Made by a program: the position numbers and the translations under genes | Shown here: piece after piece, positions 36,634 to 46,337 of the stretch | Numbering within the stretch: position 1 is the first letter of the stretch | How the letters are laid out: the number at the start of each line of letters is the position of its first letter | From: an uncultured Pseudomonadota bacterium | Lineage (GTDB): Bacteria; Myxococcota_A; Polyangia; Fen-1088 | Direction of reading: 5' to 3' | Length of the DNA: 64,000 nucleotides | NCBI GenBank assembly: GCA_963847705.1 | Contig: CAWKBC010000032.1 | Coordinates: 320,001-384,000 of the forward strand | Notes under the pieces: generated by a model | What the model was told of the DNA's origin: nothing | Seen by the model: only the letters and a program-made list of their open reading frames with translations | Databases searched by the model: none

Positions 36634-37902
36634 ATGAGGCTCCTCGACGAATACCGCGCGGTCCGCGCGCGCACGCTGGAGCTGGCGGCGCCGCTCTCGC
36701 CCGAGGACCAAGGGGTGCAGTCGATGCCGGACGCGAGCCCCACCAAGTGGCACCTCGCCCACACCACCTGGTTCTTCGAGACCTTCGTGCTGAAGCCGCA
36801 CGCGCCTGACCACCGGCCGTTCGACCCGAGCTTCGAGTTCCTCTTCAACTCGTACTACGAGGGCGTCGGGCCCCGGCCCGACAGGGCCCGCCGCGGGGAG
36901 CTCTCCCGCCCGTCGCTCGACCAGGTCCAGGCCTATCGCCGCCACGTCGACCAGGCGATGGCAAGACTGCTGGAGCCAGGGACCGTCGCTCCTGTGGTCG
37001 CTTCGACGATCACCCTCGGCCTCCATCACGAACAGCAGCACCAGGAGCTGCTGCTCACCGACATCAAGCACGCCTTCGGATCGCACCCGCTGCAGCCGGC
37101 CTACCGCGCCGCCGCGCCGGCCCCGGGCGCGACCACGGCCCCACCGCGCGCCTTTCGGACGTTCGACGGGGGCGTCGTCTGGATCGGCCACGAAGGCGCT
37201 GGGTTCGCTTTCGACAACGAGGGTCCCCGCCACCGCTGGTTCCTCGACCCGTTCGCGATCGCGGATTCCCCGGTGACCTGCGGCGAGTACCTGGCCTTCA
37301 TGCGCGACGGGGGCTATGCGCGCCCCGAGCTGTGGCTCTCCGACGGCTGGCGGACGGTCGAAAGCGAGCGCTGGCGCGCGCCGCTTTACTGGCAGGAGTC
37401 CGAGCGCGGCGGTGACCCGAGGGAGGGCGGCGAGACGGGTTGGCTCGTCTACACGCTGGCCGGGCGACGCCCCGTCGACCCCGGCGAGATCGTCGCGCAC
37501 GTCAGCTACTACGAGGCCGACGCCTACGCGCGCTGGGCAGGCGCGCGCCTTCCGACGGAGGAGGAGTGGGAGCACGCCGCCGCCGCGGGTCCGACCCGCG
37601 CCGCGCTGGAGGGCCATTTCGTCGAATCCGAGCGGCTGCACCCGGCGGGCGCAGCGGAAGGCGCGGGGATGTTCGGCGACGTCTGGCAGTGGACCCGCAG
37701 CGCCTACAGCGGATATCCCGGTTACCGGGTTCCGGAAGGCCCCATCGGGGAGTACAACGGCAAGTTCATGAGCAACCAGATGGTGCTGCGCGGCGGGTCG
37801 TGCCTCACGCCGGCCGGTCATGTCCGGGCGACCTACCGCAACTTCTTCCCGCCGGCCACGCGCTGGCAGATGAGTGGCATCCGCCTGGCGCGCGATCTAT
37901 GA
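36634..37902 (+). CDS. egtB: ergothioneine biosynthesis sulfoxide synthase
   Basis: SPTKWHLAHTTWFFE, HEQQHQELL iron ligands, FGE-like domain, YRNFF. Confidence 0.93.
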   Translation: MRLLDEYRAVRARTLELAAPLSPEDQGVQSMPDASPTKWHLAHTTWFFETFVLKPHAPDHRPFDPSFEFLFNSYYEGVGPRPDRARRGELSRPSLDQVQAYRRHVDQAMARLLEPGTVAPVVASTITLGLHHEQQHQELLLTDIKHAFGSHPLQPAYRAAAPAPGATTAPPRAFRTFDGGVVWIGHEGAGFAFDNEGPRHRWFLDPFAIADSPVTCGEYLAFMRDGGYARPELWLSDGWRTVESERWRAPLYWQESERGGDPREGGETGWLVYTLAGRRPVDPGEIVAHVSYYEADAYARWAGARLPTEEEWEHAAAAGPTRAALEGHFVESERLHPAGAAEGAGMFGDVWQWTRSAYSGYPGYRVPEGPIGEYNGKFMSNQMVLRGGSCLTPAGHVRATYRNFFPPATRWQMSGIRLARDL

Positions 37903-38963
37903 GAGGCAGCTTGACGACCACGGCCGCGGACGAAGGAATGGACGGCGCAGGGATCGATGGCGCGGGGCTCGACGTGGTGGCGACGCCCGAGGCATCCGCC
38001 ACTCTGGCGGCGGTGGCCGCGGCCGTCCGCGCGGGGTTGGCCAAGGCGCACAAGAGCCTGCCTCCCTGGCTGCTCTACGACGAGGCCGGCTCCGCGCTGT
38101 TCGAGGAGATCACGGCGCTGCCCGAGTACTACCTGACGCGGACGGAGCGCGCGATCCTCGCGGCGTCGTCGGACGAGATCGTCTCCGCCGCGGGACTGCC
38201 GCTCGAGATCGTCGAGCTGGGCGCCGGTTCGGCGACCAAGACCTCTCTCTTGCTCGAGGCGCTGTTGGCCCGGCAGCCGACCGCGCTCTACACCCCGGTC
38301 GACGTCTCCCCGACGGCGCTGCGGCTGGCGAGCGCCGAGCTGCGCCGTTTTCGGCGGCTGCGGGTGCGGCCGATCCTGGCGCGCTATCCCGAGGATCTGG
38401 TGCTCCCCGAGCGCTCGGCCGAGCGCCGGCTGGTCGTCTTTCTCGGTTCGAACGTCGGCAACTACGATCCGTCCGAAGCGCGTGCTCTCCTGGCCGGTGT
38501 GCGCGCCCGGCTGGAGCCCGGAGACGCCTTCCTGCTGGGGGCCGACCTGGCCAAGTCGCCGCGGCTGCTCCGGCCCGCCTACGACGACGCGGCCGGGGTG
38601 ACGGCGCGGTTCAACCTCAACGTGCTGGCCCGTCTCAACCGCGAGCTGGGGGCGGCGTTCGAGCTCGATCGCTTCCGTCACGTGGTGAAGTGGAACGCGG
38701 CGGCCTCGCGGATGGAGCTCTACCTGGAGAGCACGGTCGCCCAGACGGTGCCGATCCGTGCGCTGGGCGCCAAGATCGCCTTCGCCCGGGGCGAGCGTAT
38801 CCACACCGAGTCGAGCTACAAGCTCACGCGCACGGCGCTCCGCCGCTTGCTGGTCGACGCGGGCTTCAAGCCCGAAACGAAGTGGCACGACGCGCGCGGG
38901 TGGTTCGGCCTCTTTCTGGCCCGGGTGCCGCCACGCCGGCGATCGCGCGTCGGCGCCGCCTAG
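37899..38963 (+). CDS. egtD: L-histidine N-alpha-methyltransferase
   Basis: LYD..GS.LFE.IT.LPEYY, ELGAG, FLGS..GN, IHTE.SYK; ATGA overlap with egtB. Confidence 0.93.
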   Translation: MRGSLTTTAADEGMDGAGIDGAGLDVVATPEASATLAAVAAAVRAGLAKAHKSLPPWLLYDEAGSALFEEITALPEYYLTRTERAILAASSDEIVSAAGLPLEIVELGAGSATKTSLLLEALLARQPTALYTPVDVSPTALRLASAELRRFRRLRVRPILARYPEDLVLPERSAERRLVVFLGSNVGNYDPSEARALLAGVRARLEPGDAFLLGADLAKSPRLLRPAYDDAAGVTARFNLNVLARLNRELGAAFELDRFRHVVKWNAAASRMELYLESTVAQTVPIRALGAKIAFARGERIHTESSYKLTRTALRRLLVDAGFKPETKWHDARGWFGLFLARVPPRRRSRVGAA

Positions 38964-38981
38964 CGTAGAACCGAGAGCACG

Positions 38982-40028
38982 ATGGCCTACTTCGATCGCG
39001 ACCACCCGACCTTCCTGGCCGACCCGGTCAGCGCGTCCGACCACGTCCGCGGGCCCGCCGACCCCCATTCGGCCACCGTCACGCTGGTCGAGTTCGGGGA
39101 CTTCGCCTGCCCCTCGTGCGGCGAGTCCTACGGGATGATCAAGTCGCTGCTGGCGCGCCGGCCCGATCTGCGCTTCGTCTTCCGGGCGAACCCGCGCAGT
39201 CACCTCTTCCCGCACGCCGAGATCGCGGCGGAGGCGGCCGAGGCGGCCGGGGCGCAGGGCAAGTTCTGGGAGATGCACGACCTGCTGTTCGAGAACCAGT
39301 CAACGCTGTCGCGCGCCGAGATCTCGCGGCTGGCCGGGACGCTGGGCCTCGACCTGGCGCGCTTCGATCGGGAGCTCGACGCCGGGGTCCACCGCGCCGC
39401 GGTGCGGGCGCAGGAGGTCTCCGGCTGGCACAGCCACGTGCTGTCGACGCCCACCTTCTTCGTGAACGGCGTCCGCTTCGAGGACGCCTCGAGCGCGCTG
39501 CCCGCCGCCATCGACGGCGCCGCCCGCCAGGAGCGGATCGAGCACCAGCTGTTCCGGGAGCTGCACGTCGAGGCGACCGGCGACCACCACCGGCAAACGC
39601 TCTCCATCGGCCCGCACCGGCTCGTCTCGGATCTCCCTTCGCTGGAGGGCGGCGGAGACGCCGGGCCGAGCCCCTACGACCTGCTGGCCGGCGCCCTCGG
39701 CTCCTGCACCGCGATGACCGTCGCCTGGTCGGCCAAGAAGCACAAGATTCCGCTCCAGGGGCTCGACGTGCGGGTCACGCAGTCGCGCGGCTCGGGGGGT
39801 CATCTGTTCCGGGTGGCGATCGTGCTGCGCGGCGATCTGGACGATGCCCAGCGGGCCACGCTGGAGCGGGCCGCCGGACACTGTCCGGTCTCCCGCACGC
39901 TGCAGCACCCGATCTCCATCGACACCCGCGTCACCGCCGCCGGAATCGTCGACGAGGCGAGCGAGGAGACCTTCCCCGCCAGCGACGCGCCCGCCTGGAC
40001 TCTGGGCCGCGACCCGCAGGGGAGATAG
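38982..40028 (+). CDS. DsbA-like thioredoxin domain fused to OsmC domain
   Basis: FGDFACPSC, FWEMHD, TPTFFVNG; then ALGSCTAMT...CPVSRTL; tail VDEASEETFPASDAPAW. Confidence 0.85.
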   Translation: MAYFDRDHPTFLADPVSASDHVRGPADPHSATVTLVEFGDFACPSCGESYGMIKSLLARRPDLRFVFRANPRSHLFPHAEIAAEAAEAAGAQGKFWEMHDLLFENQSTLSRAEISRLAGTLGLDLARFDRELDAGVHRAAVRAQEVSGWHSHVLSTPTFFVNGVRFEDASSALPAAIDGAARQERIEHQLFRELHVEATGDHHRQTLSIGPHRLVSDLPSLEGGGDAGPSPYDLLAGALGSCTAMTVAWSAKKHKIPLQGLDVRVTQSRGSGGHLFRVAIVLRGDLDDAQRATLERAAGHCPVSRTLQHPISIDTRVTAAGIVDEASEETFPASDAPAWTLGRDPQGR

Positions 40029-40032
40029 CGGG

Positions 40033-40068
40033 CCCTCTCCCCGGCCCTCTCCCGCAAGCGGGAGAGGG
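40033..40068. repeat. REP-like palindromic element / bidirectional terminator
   Basis: CCCTCTCCCCGG followed by perfect CCCTCTCCCGC-AA-GCGGGAGAGGG, between convergent genes. Confidence 0.75.
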
Positions 40069-40079
40069 AGAGCGGCCGG

Positions 40080-40457
40080 CTAGAAGCTCATGAGGGCGAT
40101 GATGTTGCCGTCGGGATCTTTGAACCAGGCGGTCTTGAACTCGCCGAAGGCGTGCACGTCCCCCTTCTGGGTCAAGCCCGGCAGGTCGTAGTGCTCGAAC
40201 ACCACCCCCTTGGCCACGAGCGCCTTGGCAATGGCCTCGATCTCCTCCCCCACCCGCCAGTTCACGGCGGTCGCCTTGTTGCTGCCAGCGTACTGCGAGC
40301 GGTAGACGATCAGCTCCGAGCGGCCGGTCTTGAAGGTGAGCGCCTCGCTGCCGGTGGTGCGCGCCAGCTCGAGACCGAGCACCTCCTGGTAGAATTTCTT
40401 GGCGACCGTCAGATCCTTCACCGCGATGGTGGCGATGGCTTCGCTGTCTCCGAGCAT
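40080..40457 (-). CDS. VOC/glyoxalase family protein
   Basis: AVKDL..AK.FY..VLG and AWFKDPDGN. Confidence 0.9.
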   Translation of the reverse strand: MLGDSEAIATIAVKDLTVAKKFYQEVLGLELARTTGSEALTFKTGRSELIVYRSQYAGSNKATAVNWRVGEEIEAIAKALVAKGVVFEHYDLPGLTQKGDVHAFGEFKTAWFKDPDGNIIALMSF

Positions 40458-40537
40458 GTGGGCCCTCCGCGCAAAAAGAGTAAGTCGGCCCCGCCCCGGG
40501 AACCAGGCCCTGGCCGGTCGACTATCCTAGGCCGGCG

Positions 40538-42049
40538 ATGCGCGAAGCGACCGGCCTTCCTTCCGCCCACGATCCGCGCTGGACGCTGGTGGTGGCGATC
40601 CTGGGATCGAGCATGGCGTTCCTGGACAGCACGGTCGTCAACGTCGCCCTCCCGGTCATGCAGCGGAGCCTGGGTGCCACGGTCGGTCAGCTGCAGTGGG
40701 TGGTCGAGGCCTACGCGCTCCTGCTGGCGTCGCTGGTCCTGGTGGGCGGCGCGCTCGGCGATCGGCTGGGACGGCGGGCGGTCTTCTCGGCGGGGGTGGT
40801 GATGTTCGCGATCGCCTCGGCGGCCTGCGGCGCCGCGCCGGGGATCGGGCTCCTCATCGCCGCCCGGGCCATTCAGGGCGCGGGCGCGGCGCTCCTCGTC
40901 CCGGGAAGCCTGGCCCTCATCAGCGCCAGCTTTCCCGCCGAGAAGCGCGGCGCCGCCATCGGCACCTGGTCGGCCTGGAGCGCCATCACCGCGTCGGCCG
41001 GGCCGGTGGCCGGCGGCTGGGTCGCCTCGCACGCCTCCTGGCGCTGGCTCTTCTTCTTCAACGTCCCGATCGCGACGGTGGTGGTGGCCCTGGCGGCGCG
41101 CCGGATCACCGAGTCGCGCGATCCGCAGGCCTCGGCCCGGCTCGATCTGGCGGGCGCGGCGCTGGCGACGCTCGGGCTCGGCCTGGTCGTCTACGCGCTC
41201 ATCGACGCCGGGCCGACCGGCATCAGCTCCCCCCGCGCCCTGGCGCTCTTGGGCCTGGGCGCCGCGGCCCTGGTCGCCTTCGTCGTCGTGGAGGCGCGCG
41301 TGACCTCACCGATGGTCCCGCTGGCGCTGTTTCACTCGCGGAGGTTCAGCGGGACGAACCTGCTCACGCTGTTGCTGTACGCGGCGCTGGGCGGCGCCCT
41401 CTTCTTCGTGCCCTTCAACCTGATTCAGGTGCAGGGCTACGCCCCGGCCGCCGCCGGCGCCGCGCTGCTCCCCTTCGTGCTGTTCGTCTCGACGATGAGC
41501 CGCTGGGCCGGCGCGCTGGCGAGCAAGCTCGGCCCGCGCGCCTTTCTCTGCGGCGGACCGCTGATCGTCGCCGCCGCGTTCGTGCTCCTGGCCCGACCCA
41601 GCGTCGGCGGCAGCTACTGGAGCACGTTCTTCCCCGGCGTCCTGACGCTGGGCCTCGGGATGGGGTTCACCGTCGCGCCCCTGACCGCGACGGTCATGGG
41701 CGCCGTCGATCCGCGGCACGCCGGCGTCGCCTCCGGGATCAACAACGCGGTCGCCAGGACCGCCGGGCTGCTGGCGGTCGCGGCGCTGGGGTTGCTGCTC
41801 GTCTACCGGTTCAATCGGGCGCTGGACGGCGCGCTCGCCCCGCTCTCGCTCGCTCCGTCGAGCGCGCATGCGGTCGATGCCGAGCGCGTTCGCCTGGGTG
41901 GCGCCGACTTCTCCGCCTTGCCCGCCGCGCTGCGCGCCCCCCTGCACGCCGCCTTCACGGCCGCCTACGTGGCGGCCTTCCGGACGCTGATGTTCGCCAG
42001 CGCCGTGCTGGCGGCACTGGCGGGCGCGGCCGGCCTCCTGGTGGTCTAA
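40538..42049 (+). CDS. DHA2 family MFS transporter (14 TM)
   Basis: LDSTVVNVALP, GDRLGRR, GP..GG. Confidence 0.92.
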   Translation: MREATGLPSAHDPRWTLVVAILGSSMAFLDSTVVNVALPVMQRSLGATVGQLQWVVEAYALLLASLVLVGGALGDRLGRRAVFSAGVVMFAIASAACGAAPGIGLLIAARAIQGAGAALLVPGSLALISASFPAEKRGAAIGTWSAWSAITASAGPVAGGWVASHASWRWLFFFNVPIATVVVALAARRITESRDPQASARLDLAGAALATLGLGLVVYALIDAGPTGISSPRALALLGLGAAALVAFVVVEARVTSPMVPLALFHSRRFSGTNLLTLLLYAALGGALFFVPFNLIQVQGYAPAAAGAALLPFVLFVSTMSRWAGALASKLGPRAFLCGGPLIVAAAFVLLARPSVGGSYWSTFFPGVLTLGLGMGFTVAPLTATVMGAVDPRHAGVASGINNAVARTAGLLAVAALGLLLVYRFNRALDGALAPLSLAPSSAHAVDAERVRLGGADFSALPAALRAPLHAAFTAAYVAAFRTLMFASAVLAALAGAAGLLVV

Positions 42050-42073
42050 GCTGGCGGTCGCGACCCGCCCGCC

Positions 42074-42910
42074 ATGCCCGAACGCTCTCAAGCCTCCCAT
42101 CTCCCGGAGACCGCCGACGGCGGAGCCGCCGGGCAGCCCATCATCGAACCGGCGCCCACCCTGGAGCTCCAGGGGGCGACCAAGCGGTACGACGGGAAAA
42201 CCGTGCTGTCGGCGCTCGATCTGCGGATCGGCCATGGCGAGACCGTCGGCCTCATCGGCCCGAGCGGCTCGGGCAAGACCACGATCCTGCGGCTGGCGCT
42301 GGGCCTCCTGACGCCGGACGCCGGCCTGGTCCGGTTCCGCGGCGCGCCGCTCGATCGGTCGAACGTGCGGGCCGCCCGCCGCCAGATGGGCTACGTCGTG
42401 CAGGACGGCGGCCTCTTCCCGCACCTCACCGCCGCGCAGAACGTCGAGCTGATGGCGCGCCACCTGCGCTGGGAGCCGGCGCGGATCGACGCGCGCCGCA
42501 GCGAGCTCGTCGAGCTGACCCGCTTTCCGGCCGACGCCCTCGAACGTTACCCGGCGCAGCTCTCGGGGGGACAGCGCCAGCGCGTGGGCCTCATGCGCGC
42601 GCTGTTTCTCGACCCCGCGCTGCTGCTCCTCGACGAGCCCCTGGGCGCCATCGATCCGCTCGTGCGCGCCGAGCTGCAGGACGATCTGTCGGCCGTCTTC
42701 GCCCGGCTCGACAAGGCGGTGATCGTCGTGACCCACGATCTCGCCGAGGCGGCGTTCTTCGCCCGGCGGCTGGTCCTCTTGCGGCAGGGGCGCGTCGTCC
42801 AGGAGGGCTCGATCGAGACCCTCCTGCGCGCGCCGGCCGAGCCGTTCGTCACCCACTTCGTGGAGGCGCAGCGGCGCCTCACGGTCACCCGGAACGGGGG
42901 GTCTCCGTGA
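42074..42910 (+). CDS. ABC transporter ATP-binding subunit (osmoprotectant/QAT family)
   Basis: GPSGSGKT, YVVQDGGLFPH, LSGGQRQR, LLDEP. Confidence 0.92.
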   Translation: MPERSQASHLPETADGGAAGQPIIEPAPTLELQGATKRYDGKTVLSALDLRIGHGETVGLIGPSGSGKTTILRLALGLLTPDAGLVRFRGAPLDRSNVRAARRQMGYVVQDGGLFPHLTAAQNVELMARHLRWEPARIDARRSELVELTRFPADALERYPAQLSGGQRQRVGLMRALFLDPALLLLDEPLGAIDPLVRAELQDDLSAVFARLDKAVIVVTHDLAEAAFFARRLVLLRQGRVVQEGSIETLLRAPAEPFVTHFVEAQRRLTVTRNGGSP

Positions 42911-44409
42911 CGCGCGCGGCGGCCTTGGCGCTCTTCGTCGTCGTCGCGCTCGGCGCCGCCCGCGCCGCCGCCGCGCCGCCGCTCCGCGTGGGCTCGAAGG
43001 CCTTCGCCGAGTCGGTGATCCTGGGCGAGGTCGCCGGTCTGCTGGCGGCCTCCGCCGGAGCGCCGGTGGAGGATCGCCGGGCGCTGGGGGGGACGCGCCT
43101 CTGCTGGGACGCGCTGGTCGGCGGCGCGCTCGATCTGTACCCCGAGTACACCGGCACGCTGCGCGAGGAGATCCTGAGGGGCCAGCAGGCCGCCGGCGAG
43201 GACCTGGAGGCGCTGCGGACCACGCTGGCGGCGCGCGGGCTCGGCTTCATCGGACCGCTGGGGTTCGACAACCGCTACGCGCTGGCCATGCGCGAGGAGA
43301 CGGCGGCGCGCCTCGGCATCCGCGCGATCTCCCATCTCGCCCGCCACCCCGAGCTGCGCATCGACCTCAGCAACGAGTTTTTGCGCCGGCGCGACGGCTG
43401 GCCCGGCCTGGCGGCGCGCTACGCGCTCCCCGACGGGCGGGTCCAGGGGCTCGATCACGAGCTGGCGATCCGCGGCCTGGCCACCGGCGCGCTCGACGTG
43501 ACCGACATCTATTCGACGGACGCCGAGATCGCCCGCGATCGGCTTCGCGTCCTGGTCGACGATCGCGGGTTCTTCCCGCGCTACCAGGCGATCCTCCTCT
43601 ACCGCCGCGACGCCGCGGCGCGCTGGCCCGCCGCCTTCGCGGCCCTGGGCCGGCTGTCCGGGCAGATCGACGACGCCACCATGATGCGCCTCAACGCCCG
43701 CGTGAAGCTCGACAAGGTCCCCGAGCGGACCGTGGCCGCGGACTTCGTCACCGAGCGGTTCGGCGTCCGGGCGGCCCGCGCCGAAGAGGCGCGCTGGCCG
43801 GCCCTCTGGCGTCGAACGCGCGAGCACCTGGCGCTGGTCTCCCTGTCCTTGCTGGCGGCCATCCTCTGCGCGCTGCCGCTGGGCGTCCTGGCGGCGCGCC
43901 ACCGGCGCCTGGGAGAGATCGTGCTGGCCGCCGTCGGCGTCGTCCAGACCATCCCCTCGCTGGCGCTGCTGGTCTTCATGATCCCGCTGCTCGGCATCGG
44001 CGCCCGGCCGGCGACCGCGGCGCTGTTTTTCTACAGCCTGCTTCCGATCGTGCGCAACACCTACGCCGGCCTCACCTCCATTGCGGGCCCGCTGCGCGAG
44101 TCGGCGGAGGCGCTGGGGCTCTCGCGGCGCGCGATCCTCTGGCGCATCGAGCTGCCGCTGGCCTTCGGGACCATCCTGGCCGGCATCCAGAGCGCGGCCG
44201 TCATCAACATCGGCACCGCCACGCTGGGCGCGCTGGTCGGCGCGGGCGGATTCGGCCAACCGATCTTCGCCGGGATCCGGCTCGACGACGTGTCGCTGAT
44301 CCTCGAGGGGGCGATCCCGGCCTCGGCGCTGGCGCTGGTCGTCCAGGGCCTCTTCGATCTGCTCGAGCGAATCCTGGTCCCCAAAGGATTGCGCGCGGCG
44401 CCTCGCTAG
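42907..44409 (+). CDS. fused substrate-binding protein/permease, glycine betaine (QAT) family
   Basis: VGSKAFAES, YPEYTGT, YSTD, then QTIPSLAL, LLPIVRNT, EAA-like loop; GTGA overlap with the ATPase gene. Confidence 0.9.
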   Translation: MTRAAALALFVVVALGAARAAAAPPLRVGSKAFAESVILGEVAGLLAASAGAPVEDRRALGGTRLCWDALVGGALDLYPEYTGTLREEILRGQQAAGEDLEALRTTLAARGLGFIGPLGFDNRYALAMREETAARLGIRAISHLARHPELRIDLSNEFLRRRDGWPGLAARYALPDGRVQGLDHELAIRGLATGALDVTDIYSTDAEIARDRLRVLVDDRGFFPRYQAILLYRRDAAARWPAAFAALGRLSGQIDDATMMRLNARVKLDKVPERTVAADFVTERFGVRAARAEEARWPALWRRTREHLALVSLSLLAAILCALPLGVLAARHRRLGEIVLAAVGVVQTIPSLALLVFMIPLLGIGARPATAALFFYSLLPIVRNTYAGLTSIAGPLRESAEALGLSRRAILWRIELPLAFGTILAGIQSAAVINIGTATLGALVGAGGFGQPIFAGIRLDDVSLILEGAIPASALALVVQGLFDLLERILVPKGLRAAPR

Positions 44410-44539
44410 CGCCGTCGAGAGGCGGGGCTCAAAATCGCGCCGCTGGCCCAAAATGAAGACGGGCGCCGGGACGCCACGCGGTTCACCCGCGGTTCGTCGC
44501 GACGCCCATCAGACGCAGGCTATTGGTGCCTGCGAGCGA

Positions 44540-44857
44540 CTACCAGCGGCCCCGACCGCCGCCACCACCACCACCGCCGCCGCCACCGCCACGGCTTCCG
44601 CCGCCGCCCGAGCGCTCCTGAGCCTCGTTGACGTTGATCGTCCGGCCACCGAGCTCGCGCCCGCTCAGCTGCTCGACCGCCGCCTTGGCCTCCTGCTCCG
44701 TGCTCATCTCGACGAACGCGAAGCCGCGCGGACGACCGGTCTCGCGCTCCGTCACGACCTTGGCCTCGGCCACCGTGCCGATGGTCCCGAAGACCTCTCT
44801 CAGCTCGAGCTCGGTCGTGTTGTACGAGAGGTTGCCAACATAAAGACGTCTACCCAT
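44540..44857 (-). CDS. RRM RNA-binding protein with Gly-rich tail
   Basis: RNP2 LYVGNL, RNP1 RGFAFVEM; AGGAG RBS. Confidence 0.95.
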   Translation of the reverse strand: MGRRLYVGNLSYNTTELELREVFGTIGTVAEAKVVTERETGRPRGFAFVEMSTEQEAKAAVEQLSGRELGGRTINVNEAQERSGGGGSRGGGGGGGGGGGGRGRW

Positions 44858-45108
44858 GTGTTCGATTCTCCTGCGTGAAACCCGGCGGAAACTGCCGCCG
44901 TGCAGAGCCTCAAGCGTGCCGACGATCGACCTCGAACGAACGGCAGGCGAAGCTCCGACGCAGAGACGAAAACCCGGACCAAAAAAGGACGTGGAAGCTT
45001 GTAGCACAAGTGTCGCCGCCCCGCCATCGCACCCCGCGCTCGAGGTGGTGAAAACCAGGGATTTCACCGAGGTTCCAGCGGCCGAACGCCGACGCATATC
45101 TTCCGTCC

Positions 45109-45930
45109 ATGGGAACCATCAAGACCAAGGACGGGACAGAGATCTACTTCAAAGACTGGGGGAGCGGACCGCCGGTCGTCTTCAGCCACGGCTGGCCGCT
45201 CAGCGCGGACGCCTTCGAGGACCAGATGTTCTATCTCTGCTCGCGCGGCTATCGCTGCATCGCCCACGATCGCCGCGGCCACGGCCGATCGAGCCAGCCC
45301 TGGAACGGCAACGACCTCGACACCTACGCCGACGACCTGGCGGAGCTGACCGCGGCGCTCGACCTGAAAGGCGCGATTCACGTCGGCCACTCGACGGGCG
45401 GCGGCGAGGTGGCCCGCTACATCGGCCGCCACGGCACCAAGCGGGTGGCCAAGGCCGTCCTGATCGGCGCCATTCCGCCGCTCATGCTGAAGACGGCGGC
45501 CAATCCGGGCGGCCTGCCCCTCGAGGTCTTCGATCAGCTGCGGGCCTCGGTGGTCGCCGACCGACCGCAGTTCTGGAAGGATCTCAGCCTGCCGTTTTAT
45601 GGCTACAACCGCCCCGGCGCCAAGGTGTCGGAAGGGGTGCGCGAGTCGTTCGTGCTGCAAAGCAGCCTGGCCGGCTTCCCCGCCTCCTACTTCTGCATCA
45701 AGGCCTTCTCCGAGACCGACCTGACCGAGGATCTGAAGAAGTTCGACGTGCCGACGCTGATCCTGCATGGCGACGACGACCAGATCGTCCCCATCGGCGC
45801 CTCCGCCCTGCTCTCCTCCAAGATCATCAAGAACGCCACGCTCAAGATCTACAAGGGCGCGCCGCACGGCATGTGCACGACGCTCAAGCACCAGGTCAAC
45901 GAGGAGCTGCTCAGCTTCCTCAAAGGCTGA
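45109..45930 (+). CDS. non-heme haloperoxidase-like alpha/beta hydrolase
   Basis: [30 protein letters not shown]. Confidence 0.93.
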   Translation: MGTIKTKDGTEIYFKDWGSGPPVVFSHGWPLSADAFEDQMFYLCSRGYRCIAHDRRGHGRSSQPWNGNDLDTYADDLAELTAALDLKGAIHVGHSTGGGEVARYIGRHGTKRVAKAVLIGAIPPLMLKTAANPGGLPLEVFDQLRASVVADRPQFWKDLSLPFYGYNRPGAKVSEGVRESFVLQSSLAGFPASYFCIKAFSETDLTEDLKKFDVPTLILHGDDDQIVPIGASALLSSKIIKNATLKIYKGAPHGMCTTLKHQVNEELLSFLKG

Positions 45931-45985
45931 CGGTCCGAAGCTCGACGGTCGACTCGCGGGCGCCGGCCTGGTAAGTCACGGGGAA

Positions 45986-46327
45986 ATGGCCGGCGCCCAA
46001 TCAGCCTCCACCGATCTCGATCGGCAGCAGCTGCGGGCCAAGCTCGAACGGCACGAGCCGTTCAAGCTGGTGATGGCCTCCAGCGACTGGGCGTTTCGAG
46101 CCAAGCACATTCCTGGCTCGATCCACTTCAAGACCCCCGAGGAGATGTTCGCCGCGCTCGGCAAGGACGAGGAGATCGTCGTCTACTGCTCGAACCTCGA
46201 CTGCCACGCCAGCCTGGCGACGATCCAGAAGCTGCGCGCGCAGGGCTACCAGAACGTCCGCCACTACCCGGGAGGTCTCATCGACTGGGAGGCCGGAGGC
46301 CTCCCGCTCGAGGGCGACTGGACCTAG
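45986..46327 (+). CDS. single-domain rhodanese
   Basis: HIPGS, IVVYC, Y.GG..DW. Confidence 0.88.
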   Translation: MAGAQSASTDLDRQQLRAKLERHEPFKLVMASSDWAFRAKHIPGSIHFKTPEEMFAALGKDEEIVVYCSNLDCHASLATIQKLRAQGYQNVRHYPGGLIDWEAGGLPLEGDWT

Positions 46328-46337
46328 GTTGACGCGC

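Noticed and set aside
36634-37902. Selenoneine synthase SenA
   Set aside because: The motifs and the egtD coupling fit EgtB; no senB or selD-like gene is nearby.
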